Virus record (IMG/VR): IMGVR_UViG_3300025168_009799
Location: 25,750 to 89,749 of that record
DNA length: 64,000 nt
Origin: a virus
Direction: 5' to 3' (one strand)
The translations under genes were made by a program, and so were the position numbers. This document shows positions 10,304-19,400 of the stretch, one piece after another (the first letter of the stretch is position 1; the number at the start of each line of letters is the position of its first letter). The notes under the pieces were generated by a model. The model saw only the letters and a program-made list of their open reading frames with translations. It ran no database searches and had not been told where the DNA came from.

Positions 10304-10659
10304 AAGACAAGATTACATGGAAGATGTTTACTCTGTATATGTTAATTATTGCTTTCATGTTAGTATGTAGCGGAGCGTTTGCTCAAGTTCAAGTAGCATA
10401 TTTTAATGCTAGTTGGAATAACGCTAATGATGTTAAATGGGTAAATAAGTTAACTGATGTAAAAACTTTTAACTTTATAGATATAAGTAACGATACAGAA
10501 CTACAGAAGAAGCATAAAATAGCAGTTGTACCTACTATTATAGTATTTAAAGATAATGTAGAAGTTGTTAGGTTTCAAGCTGATTTAAGTTTTAAAATGG
10601 TAGCAACAAGAGAAGAAGTACAAGAAGAAATAGATAACCAATTAATGAGTGATTTTTAA
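10300..10659 (+). CDS. Exported thioredoxin-fold protein lacking CxxC
   Basis: Signal/TM ending GAFA|Q; YFNASWN in place of FxAxWCxxC; IAVVPTIIVFKDNVEVVRF matches the Trx cis-Pro/C-terminal motif. Confidence 0.7.
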   Translation: MKDKITWKMFTLYMLIIAFMLVCSGAFAQVQVAYFNASWNNANDVKWVNKLTDVKTFNFIDISNDTELQKKHKIAVVPTIIVFKDNVEVVRFQADLSFKMVATREEVQEEIDNQLMSDF

Positions 10660-13020
10660 ATGAGAAAAATATTATTATTATTATTATTACCTATAATAAC
10701 TTTTGCACAAAAAGAAGTTGTTATACATGTAACAACAGATAATTATCCATCTGAAACAAGGTGGGTATTACATGCTGATAGTTTTCAAGGTCCTATACTA
10801 GATGAAGTAGCTTATGGATATTATGATTCTTCTAGTACTACTTATACGGATACAGTTTATATCCCAGATAGTATAACTAATATTTCTTGGGTTATATACG
10901 ATCAATATGGCGATGGTATGCCAGGAGGGAGTTATTATGTTTCTATATGTGGAGATACTATAGTTAATTATCCTGTACCTACATTTACAAATGGGTTAAT
11001 ACACAATAGAGTAGTTCCTCAATGTATGCCTAATCCACCACCGTGTGTACCAGCTAAGGTTATAATTAACTTAGATCAATATCAAAGTGAGACATCTTGG
11101 GACATAAAAGACACAAATGGGATAATTTATGCAGAATCAGTTACATACGCAGGAAATCCTGACTATGCTACTATTATAATACCTGTATGTGTACCTAAAG
11201 GAGACTTAATTTTTACTATATATGATAGCTATGGTGATGGGTTAAATGGTTCTTTATGGCAAGGGCAAGACGGTTCTTATTATTTAACACAATGTAATGA
11301 CACATTAATATATGGTACAGATCCAGCATTTGGTTCTGATACAACGCATGTATTTGCATCTGATTCATGCCCTCCTATATTAGGATGTACTGATCCAGCT
11401 TATACAGAGTTTAATCCATTTGCTAATTTAGATGATGGGTCTTGTTCTATATTAAAGATATTTGGATGTATTGATATATCAATGTACAATTTTGATCCTA
11501 CTGCTAATACAATGGATATGATTGATAGTTGTGATTACACATTAGTATTACACGATTTAATGGGTAATGGATGGGTTGGTTCTTCTTTAAAGATATATGC
11601 TGATGACACAACAGAATATTACAATGCTGGTGGATTTGATGATATTTACAGCGTTAGTTTAAGGGCTCCGGAATTAATAAGTATACAATTTTTTATTAGT
11701 TCTCAAGCAGCTTTAACAACAATAGAATGTGGTTTTACTTTAATTAATCCAGAAGGTGATACATTAATAAGTGTTCTACCTCCATTCATACAACCTTTAT
11801 TTGTTTATAATGTAATAACAGATTGTGGTAATACTTGTATCGAAAAGATATATGGGTGTACAATCTTAACAGCAGTAAATTATGATCCACTTGCAAATAC
11901 AGACGATGTAAGTTGTTATTATGATCCTGGATGTACTAGCCCTGCATTTTTAGAATATTATACTCAAGGGTTTGTAGCTGATTACGACGATGGTTCCTGT
12001 GCTACACAAGCTGTTTGGGGTTGTATTGACAGTACAGCATTTAACTACGACCCATTAGCTAATATAAGTAATGGAGGATGTGTACCTGTTATTATAGGGT
12101 GCATGCAACCTTTAGCATTTAATTATAATCCTAATGCTAATACTTCTGGGCCTTGTACTCCTATTATATATGGATGTATGAGCCAATTAGCTATTAATTA
12201 CGACTCATTAGCTAATACAGATGATGGAAGTTGTATAGGAATAGTGTATGGATGTACAGATACTTTAGCTTTTAATTGGGACCCTAATGCTAATGTAGAT
12301 GATAGCTCATGTGTGCCTGTTATATATGGGTGTATAAATCCAACTATGTTTAACTATTGTGATAGTTGTAATACTAACGATGGAAGTTGTATAGAAATAT
12401 TATATGGGTGCACTGATAGTACAATGTTTAATTATAATTCTTTAGCTAATGTTGATAACAGTTCTTGCATACCTTATATTTACGGTTGTACTGATCCTAG
12501 CATGCTTAACTATGAACCAACTGCTAATACAGAAGACTTTAATTGTATTCCTTTTGTTTATGGGTGTATGGATAATACTGCTATTAACTATGATACGTTA
12601 GCTAATACTGACAATGGTTCTTGTATTGAAGCGATTGCAGGATGTAGAGATCCAAATGCGTACAATTATAATCCTCTAGCAAATATATTAGCACATGACT
12701 CTTTAGGGTGTTTATATGCCGCGGATTGGTGCATAAATGGATCTGGTAACCCTTTCTTTTTAAACGACGAGTGTTATGCTTGGGTAATATCAGTAGATGA
12801 TTATTGTTGTGAAAATGAATGGGATAGTATCTGTCAATTAACTTATAATCATTGTGATGATAATTGGACAGGGTCTATACCTTCTAGATTAATGGTTACA
12901 AGTAAACGTACTTTAATAACTATTGTAGATGTTTTAGGTAGAGAAATAAAAGAAGAAACTAATCAGCTTCTATTCTATATATATGATGATGGAAGTGTAG
13001 ATAAAATAATAAAAGAATGA
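10660..13020 (+). CDS. Secreted Cys-repeat protein with T9SS-like C-terminal domain
   Basis: Signal MRKILLLLLLPIITFA|Q; D.YGDG domains; about 13 GC.D..A.NY.P.A..DDGSC-type repeats; C-terminus LITIVDVLGREI...LLFYIYDDGSVDKII typical of flavobacterial T9SS CTDs. Confidence 0.7.
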   Translation: MRKILLLLLLPIITFAQKEVVIHVTTDNYPSETRWVLHADSFQGPILDEVAYGYYDSSSTTYTDTVYIPDSITNISWVIYDQYGDGMPGGSYYVSICGDTIVNYPVPTFTNGLIHNRVVPQCMPNPPPCVPAKVIINLDQYQSETSWDIKDTNGIIYAESVTYAGNPDYATIIIPVCVPKGDLIFTIYDSYGDGLNGSLWQGQDGSYYLTQCNDTLIYGTDPAFGSDTTHVFASDSCPPILGCTDPAYTEFNPFANLDDGSCSILKIFGCIDISMYNFDPTANTMDMIDSCDYTLVLHDLMGNGWVGSSLKIYADDTTEYYNAGGFDDIYSVSLRAPELISIQFFISSQAALTTIECGFTLINPEGDTLISVLPPFIQPLFVYNVITDCGNTCIEKIYGCTILTAVNYDPLANTDDVSCYYDPGCTSPAFLEYYTQGFVADYDDGSCATQAVWGCIDSTAFNYDPLANISNGGCVPVIIGCMQPLAFNYNPNANTSGPCTPIIYGCMSQLAINYDSLANTDDGSCIGIVYGCTDTLAFNWDPNANVDDSSCVPVIYGCINPTMFNYCDSCNTNDGSCIEILYGCTDSTMFNYNSLANVDNSSCIPYIYGCTDPSMLNYEPTANTEDFNCIPFVYGCMDNTAINYDTLANTDNGSCIEAIAGCRDPNAYNYNPLANILAHDSLGCLYAADWCINGSGNPFFLNDECYAWVISVDDYCCENEWDSICQLTYNHCDDNWTGSIPSRLMVTSKRTLITIVDVLGREIKEETNQLLFYIYDDGSVDKIIKE
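11383..12711 (+). repeat. About 13 GCxD...NY..AN.DDGSC protein repeats (~26-aa period in the tandem part)
   Basis: Counted directly in the translation of 10660..13020. Confidence 0.85.
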
Positions 13021-13628
13021 AATATTATAGAGAACAGATTCAAAAAGTAATGTTAGAGAAAGGATACAAATATTTTACAAATGATAACTATGATGTAAAT
13101 ATTATAGGTATTAGGAATTCTGATACCCACGGTAAAGTTACAAATGCATTTGATGATATAATAACTATAACATTTAAAGATGAAGAGGGTAAATGGCATT
13201 ATAATGAATATGAGTGTACTACAGATCCTGGTACCTCTTATATGGATAATCCAATATTAGAAAATACAGGATGTGCAATATTAAAACCGGGGCAATATAG
13301 AGGATCTCATAAATTAAGATTGCATGCAGGTAAATATTTAGCATTAGGTCAAAAGAAAAATGTTACAGTGTATAGAGATAATGATAGAGACGATAAGTAT
13401 GATCTAAATGAATCTAATACTGACACAGGATTATTTGGCATAAACATACACAGAGCAACTGGCAGATCTGGCAAGACCTCTACTTATGTAAACAAGTGGA
13501 GTGCAGGGTGTCAAGTAATAGCAAGTAATGATGATTGGCATGAATTCTTAGATATATGCCAAACAGCTAGAGAAGTGTGGGGAAATAGTTTCTCTTATAC
13601 ATTATTAGAAAGTAAAGACATTATATAA
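13017..13628 (+). CDS. Putative endolysin, L,D-transpeptidase (YkuD)-like Cys peptidase
   Basis: GINIHRA...WSAGCQV His/Cys motif; adjacent to the holin. Confidence 0.65.
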   Translation: MKYYREQIQKVMLEKGYKYFTNDNYDVNIIGIRNSDTHGKVTNAFDDIITITFKDEEGKWHYNEYECTTDPGTSYMDNPILENTGCAILKPGQYRGSHKLRLHAGKYLALGQKKNVTVYRDNDRDDKYDLNESNTDTGLFGINIHRATGRSGKTSTYVNKWSAGCQVIASNDDWHEFLDICQTAREVWGNSFSYTLLESKDII

Positions 13629-13643
13629 ATTAAAAATAAAATT

Positions 13644-14036
13644 ATGAGTATATTAACAAAAATATTTAGTGGTGGTGCAACAGAACTAGTAAAAGGTGTA
13701 GGCGGTGTAATAGATAATTTACATACATCTAAAGAAGAGAAGCTTGCTGCTACACAAAAAATACAAGAGCTTGTAGCTAGCTATGAGACTCAGATGGAAA
13801 AAGAAATCTCATCAAGGTGGAGCGCAGACATGAAGTCTGACTCTTGGTTGAGTAAGAATGTTAGACCTTTAGTTTTAGTATTCTTAGTTGTATGTACAGT
13901 ATTAATGATATTTATTGATGCTGGATCTATTAAATTTGTAGTAGAGCCTAAATGGACTGACCTATTACAATTAGTATTAATAACTGTGATCGGTGCCTAT
14001 TTTGGAGGTAGATCGCTAGAGAAGACAAAAAAATAA
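13644..14036 (+). CDS. Holin (3TM, GTA-holin-like)
   Basis: VIDNLHTSKEEK...RWSADMKSDSWLSKNVRP...GAYFGGRSLEK, the signature of the Holin-of-3TMs family. Confidence 0.85.
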   Translation: MSILTKIFSGGATELVKGVGGVIDNLHTSKEEKLAATQKIQELVASYETQMEKEISSRWSADMKSDSWLSKNVRPLVLVFLVVCTVLMIFIDAGSIKFVVEPKWTDLLQLVLITVIGAYFGGRSLEKTKK

Positions 14037-14042
14037 AAAACT

Positions 14043-14357
14043 ATGGGATTAACAGGGACAATAACACCAGAAATGGGTATAGCTATTGATGGCGCATTCG
14101 TACAATTACGAGATATATATGTAAACAAAGCACTAACGGCTTCTTGTACAGCAGATATTTTTAAAGATTCTGAAACGGCAGCAACTCCATCGAGATTAAT
14201 AGAAACAATAAAATTTTCTTTTACATATAATAAAGCAGGAGAAACTAATTTAATTGCACAAGCACAAACTGCTTTAAAAGCGTTGACTTCAGTAACACTA
14301 GTAGATGGTACTGTAAGAAGTTATAATCTTACTGGATTTGAAGAGAGTGCAGCTTAA
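14043..14357 (+). CDS. Hypothetical protein
   Basis: 104-aa ORF with a good A-rich leader, between the holin and the ring protein. Confidence 0.55.
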   Translation: MGLTGTITPEMGIAIDGAFVQLRDIYVNKALTASCTADIFKDSETAATPSRLIETIKFSFTYNKAGETNLIAQAQTALKALTSVTLVDGTVRSYNLTGFEESAA

Positions 14358-14375
14358 CTATTAAAATATTAAACT

Positions 14376-15065
14376 ATGACACTTAATGAAATAGCGTATA
14401 ACTTACTAAATTTAATCCGAGGGGGTAAATCTCATCATCATGAGGATATCTCTTTAGAACAAATAAAATTTAATATACGTTATTATAGAGCTATGTTAAT
14501 CAGAAGAGATTATGCTAAAAATGGAAATATTACTAGGCATTTAGAACAAGATCTTGGATGTCTTAATTTAGAGATAGTTAACGGGTCTAAATGTTGTGGG
14601 TTAGAGATTGATTGTGAAGTAGCTAGAACGGTTCTAACAATACCAAAAACAGTTAGGTTCAATTTTGAAGACGCAATTACTTTTGTAGGAGCAGGAGATG
14701 GATTAACTAGAATTCCTTTAATCAGTCCTCAAATAGCTAAATTTGCTCAATATGAAAAGTATACATCACAAAATCAGAAAGCATATATGATCGAGGATTA
14801 TTTATATATTATGAATCCAAAAGGTCTTGAGTTTGTAAATGTGCGAGGGGTCTTTGAAAATCCTGAAGATGTTGCTAAATACGAGTGCCCGTCTGGAATA
14901 TGTTATGATTCAAATTCAGAATATCCTATCCCTATGGATATGGTAGAAGCTTTAACAAAAGGTGTATTAGGCGGAGAGTTACAATTGCTAGTACAAACAA
15001 TTAATGATTCAGAGAACAATGCAGTGCAAGACGAACAAGCAGCTCCAAGACAGTCAAGAGAATAA
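14376..15065 (+). CDS. crAss-like ring/tail structural protein
   Basis: MTLNEIAY...YRAMLI...VRGVFENPE...YPIP pattern typical of crAss-like ring proteins; located upstream of Ttub/Tstab. Confidence 0.7.
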   Translation: MTLNEIAYNLLNLIRGGKSHHHEDISLEQIKFNIRYYRAMLIRRDYAKNGNITRHLEQDLGCLNLEIVNGSKCCGLEIDCEVARTVLTIPKTVRFNFEDAITFVGAGDGLTRIPLISPQIAKFAQYEKYTSQNQKAYMIEDYLYIMNPKGLEFVNVRGVFENPEDVAKYECPSGICYDSNSEYPIPMDMVEALTKGVLGGELQLLVQTINDSENNAVQDEQAAPRQSRE

Positions 15066-15538
15066 TGGAATATACGATAACAAATATATATAACGACTAT
15101 ATAAATAATCATGAGAATATTGATAAGAAACTATTTATTGATATTTGCTCTGATTTTAATATACTAGTTGTAGAACATTTACTTGAAGGTAGAAAACTTA
15201 AATTAGGAAATAACTTATCCTATATACAAATTGTACGAATGGACAGAGATCCTAGATCCCCTAGAGTAGATTGGGTAGAAAGTAACAATTATAAAAAAGA
15301 ACTTATAGATAAATCTATTAAGTTATATGATAAAGAAACAGGAGAGGGCCAGAAATGGCAAATTTATTATACAGATGAGTATTATTTTAAATATTATTGG
15401 AACAAAGGAAGTTGTAGAGTACCTAATAAATCTGTATATAAATTTACAGCTACTAGGGGATTAAAAGGGAATAAAGAAAAGTTAACTAATCTTTTGAAGT
15501 CTGATGATTTAGCATATTTAAAATTTAAAAAATTATAG
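15065..15538 (+). CDS. crAss-like IHF-like protein (IHF_53 type)
   Basis: FN...LLEG..LKL..NLS.IQI...VDW.ES...YFKYYW; syntenic position just before the tail tubular gene. Confidence 0.6.
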   Translation: MEYTITNIYNDYINNHENIDKKLFIDICSDFNILVVEHLLEGRKLKLGNNLSYIQIVRMDRDPRSPRVDWVESNNYKKELIDKSIKLYDKETGEGQKWQIYYTDEYYFKYYWNKGSCRVPNKSVYKFTATRGLKGNKEKLTNLLKSDDLAYLKFKKL

Positions 15539-15542
15539 AAAT

Positions 15543-16412
15543 ATGGCAATATATAAACACGTATCAAGTAAAACAATAATAAGAAAAATCTTTAGAGATT
15601 TAAATGTATCTGGTGATAATTGGATAGAGGATTCTATTGAATGGATGGGAGAAGCTTTAGAACATATTGGAGCTAGTCCTCAGTTATGTCAGAAAGGTAC
15701 TACAATATCTATAGCAGATTATACTGGAGCATTGCCATCTGACTTATACTATATAAACCAAGTGGCTGTAAATAATACTGTAGGGTCTGCTACGAAGTCT
15801 GAACTAACAGATGTATTAGCTAAGATTAAAGTTATAGAAAATAAACTATCGGCAGATCCTAATCAAAATTTTTCTACAGATTTAAGAAAATTAAATGAAA
15901 GAATGTTAGTACTGCAAAATATTTATCTAACTGGCAGTCAAGGAAGTTTAGTACCTATGGCTTATTCAACAGATACATTTCCTACAGCATTACATTGTGA
16001 CGATTGTGTAAATGAAAAAGCTATAAGTGATGATACATATTTTATTAACTCTGGGCATATAAAAACGTCTTTTGAAAAAGGAACAGTTTGTTTAAGTTAT
16101 ACAGCTTTTCCAATAGATGATGATTGCTATCCTATGGTTCCAGATGACATTAGTTTTAAAGAAGCTTTATTTTGGTATATAGTTAAAAAATTAGTATTGA
16201 GAGGTACGAGACTACCAACCCAATTAGGGTATGAAATGGCAGAAGGGCAGTGGAAGTATTACTGTTCTCAAGCAAGGAATGCAGCTAACTATCCAGATAT
16301 AGATAGAATGGAATCATTTATGAATCAATGGGTTAGATTAATCCCAGAAATTAGTCGTGCAGATAATGGATTTAAACATTTAAATGTACGAGAAAGTTTA
16401 GATAGAAGCTAA
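15543..16412 (+). CDS. Tail tubular (ring) protein, Ttub-like
   Basis: IEWMGEALEHIG...IKTSFEKGTVCLSY.AFPIDDDCYPMVPD...W..YCSQA motifs; precedes the muzzle gene. Confidence 0.75.
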   Translation: MAIYKHVSSKTIIRKIFRDLNVSGDNWIEDSIEWMGEALEHIGASPQLCQKGTTISIADYTGALPSDLYYINQVAVNNTVGSATKSELTDVLAKIKVIENKLSADPNQNFSTDLRKLNERMLVLQNIYLTGSQGSLVPMAYSTDTFPTALHCDDCVNEKAISDDTYFINSGHIKTSFEKGTVCLSYTAFPIDDDCYPMVPDDISFKEALFWYIVKKLVLRGTRLPTQLGYEMAEGQWKYYCSQARNAANYPDIDRMESFMNQWVRLIPEISRADNGFKHLNVRESLDRS

Positions 16413-19400
16413 TGAAATATCTTAAGGGAATAAATAGAGACGTAGGACCTACAGCCCAACCAGAGGGAACTTATAGATTTGCTAATAATGCAGTTCTTAA
16501 AAAAGATTATGGCGCTATAGCTAATGAAAGTGGTACAAATGAATTTCCTTCGACAGTTTATATTATTGGAGAATGTAGTTTAGATAATGGAGATTTTATA
16601 TTATTTGAAGCAGACCAAGATCCTACTGGAGATCATTATATAAATAGATATGATAAAAATGGAGTTTTTTTAAATACAGTACTGCATAGGAATGATTTAA
16701 ACTTTTCTACTCTGTTTCCTATTAAAGCTGTTTCTAAAAGAGTTGCAGATGAGTATATTGTTTATTGGACAGATAATAATAATAAACCTGCAGTTTTAAA
16801 TATAGCTAGGCAAGAGACTGCAAATACTACAGTTCCTTTTAATGATTCATTAATATACGGAAGTATTATTAAGGATATTAATAATTTATCTTTAATGAGC
16901 TATTCAGGTTCGGTTCCAGTTATTACAAGCGCAACTGTGGAAGAAGGAGGTAATTTACAAACAGGTACATATTATTTAGCATTAGCTTATATGGGATTAG
17001 ACCGGGTTACTACAAATTATGTAACTATTTCTAATGCTGTATATGTACCAGGATCAAAAGATACTTATGCATGGACAAATATAGTAGGATCCCCAAGTGG
17101 TATTCCTTCTAACAAACAGATAGTTTTTCATGTGGGTAATTTAAATACAACCTTTGAGTTTCTACAACCGGTCATATTAAGACGAGCAGGGGGTGGATAT
17201 GATGCGTTTAAACTAACAGTACAAACAATTGAGGCAGCCGTAGATATAGTTACTTTTTCAGGATCTGAAAATTACTCTACAGCATCTCCAGCAGAAGTCA
17301 TTATAGATTATCCAGTATATGATAAAGCAAAAGCGTTAGAGATTGTTGACAGTGTTTTATATCTAGGAAATTTAGAAGGCTCTTTAGACGTTGGGTATCA
17401 ACCATATGCAAACGCAATTGAATTAGAAGCTACAACTAAGATTATTCACAATTACGAGGACATAGATTTTGTTGAATCTACCTTAGAAGATAATGTAGTT
17501 AAACCTTTAAATAAAAATTCTTATCGTCACGCTCATATGAGTTATATGTATAAAGGTTATACTAGAGAGGAGGTATATGCTTTTTATATTGTATGGGTTT
17601 TAAAAGACGGAAGAGAGACCTATGGGTATCATATACCTGGTAGAACATCATCAAATAATGATAATGAGTTAGACTTAGTAACCAACCCTACAACTGTATT
17701 AGAAAAACAAGTTCCTAATGTTTTTAATTTCCATATGAATTCTTGGATAGATAATAGTAATTATGTTAATAATATGGGATATTGGGAAAATCAAGATGAA
17801 CGGTATCCTATTTCTGATAATTATGAAACTTTGGATGTAAGTGTTGTTGGTAATCCAATTGCTTCATCTAAACCAGATTTAGCAGGAGAGGCAGTTAGAC
17901 ATCATCATTTTCCAAGTAATAATACGTGTGACGATAATACAAATGATTTAAATCCTATTATATCTAATAGTGTTTCTAGTTCATTCACAACAGGTGTAGA
18001 TATTGTAGATGAAGTAGCGCCTGTAAATTGGAATTATGCAGCAGACCCAACAAATATAGACGTAAGAGATTCATTTGGACAAACTCCTCCAATGGGTAAT
18101 AGAATAGAAATATCTACACTTGATGGATTAATATTTTTTGAGCCCAGAAATATTGCAGACGATGCTACAGGAGCAACGCCTTATTATAGCGGTCCACAAC
18201 TTCCTCCAGGATCTTCAACTGATTGGGGTACCAGATTAGCTGGACAAGATTGGATAGAATTTTTTGATTGGCAAACGGGTAATGCAAGTCCTACAGCAGA
18301 TGAAACAAATTTTTTGAATGCAATGAATGCAGTTGGCCCTTTTCATTACGGAGGATTAAGTGGGAGCACTCCTCCTGGAAGTGGTCCTTTGCAATGTAAT
18401 TCTTTTGTACATGGGTGGACTGATCCTTATGGATTTATGTATTCAGCACCAGGTACAACACCAGCTCAAATTGTAGCTAATCCACAGCCTCACCACTGGG
18501 CATTGAATGCATTGGGATCTGCTTCTTGGTGTGCTCCTGGTGCTTGGGGTGTTCATACTCAAGGGTTTGCGTATAAACCAGGAGTAAATGATCATAATAC
18601 TTGTAGTTGGGGAGGTGGAACTATGAATGGCCTTTGGCCCTATGGTGTCCCTAGTTGCCCAGTTGTTTCAGCTCCGCCGTGTGCTTGTGGGTCTCCTACT
18701 AGTGGTACTCCATACCATGGAAGAAAAGAAAAAGCAATATATTATAAACAGTGGTATAATGGACCAATGCCTAATTATCTACAATATGATATTTCATTTA
18801 AAATTAGATGGGTAGGGTCTGGGGTAGCGCAAACATCTACTACTTACACTAGTCCTGGACCAGCTCCTTCGGATTTAAATATCTTAGGATTTCATTTGAA
18901 TAACGTTAAAGTGCCTTCAGATATTGCAGATACTGTTCAAGGGTTTAGAGTTTATAGAGCAGAAAGAGATTGGAAAAACAAACGAGTATGGGGACAAAGC
19001 CCTGCTATTTCGATGAGAGCAGTAGGAGGGTATGACCCTAATCAAGGTGGTGGTAGTAATGTAGGAGTAGTATCACCCTGGCCAAAAGATGAAACGCAGA
19101 CAGATTTCATTCCTAGCGCTGCTGGAGGAAATACGATGTTGCCATATAAGACTTCAGGTTCACCGCCTAAAGGAGCCGAGTATGGAGATATGAGAACAGT
19201 TTGGGTTAGAACAGCTAATCCTGAAAGTCTTGAACAAACGTATCAATCAGATAAAGGGAATCCTACATTCTTTGGTGACCCTGCACAGTATGATATAAAA
19301 TATCCTAACGCTGGATTTGCATTATATGATTTTACATTATTAAGACAATTAAAAAATATTAGACCTGTAAGTTATTTAAGTCTTGTACATTATACCAGGA

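Noticed and set aside
10300-10659. Thioredoxin-like protein as the oxidase for the proposed cargo disulfide chain
   Set aside because: It lacks catalytic cysteines and is exported, so it cannot catalyse thiol-disulfide exchange on capsid cargo.
11383-12711. Possible CRISPR array or DGR template/variable repeats
   Set aside because: The repeats are degenerate at DNA level, in frame and protein-coding. There are no identical direct repeats, adenine-specific variation or reverse transcriptase in the window.
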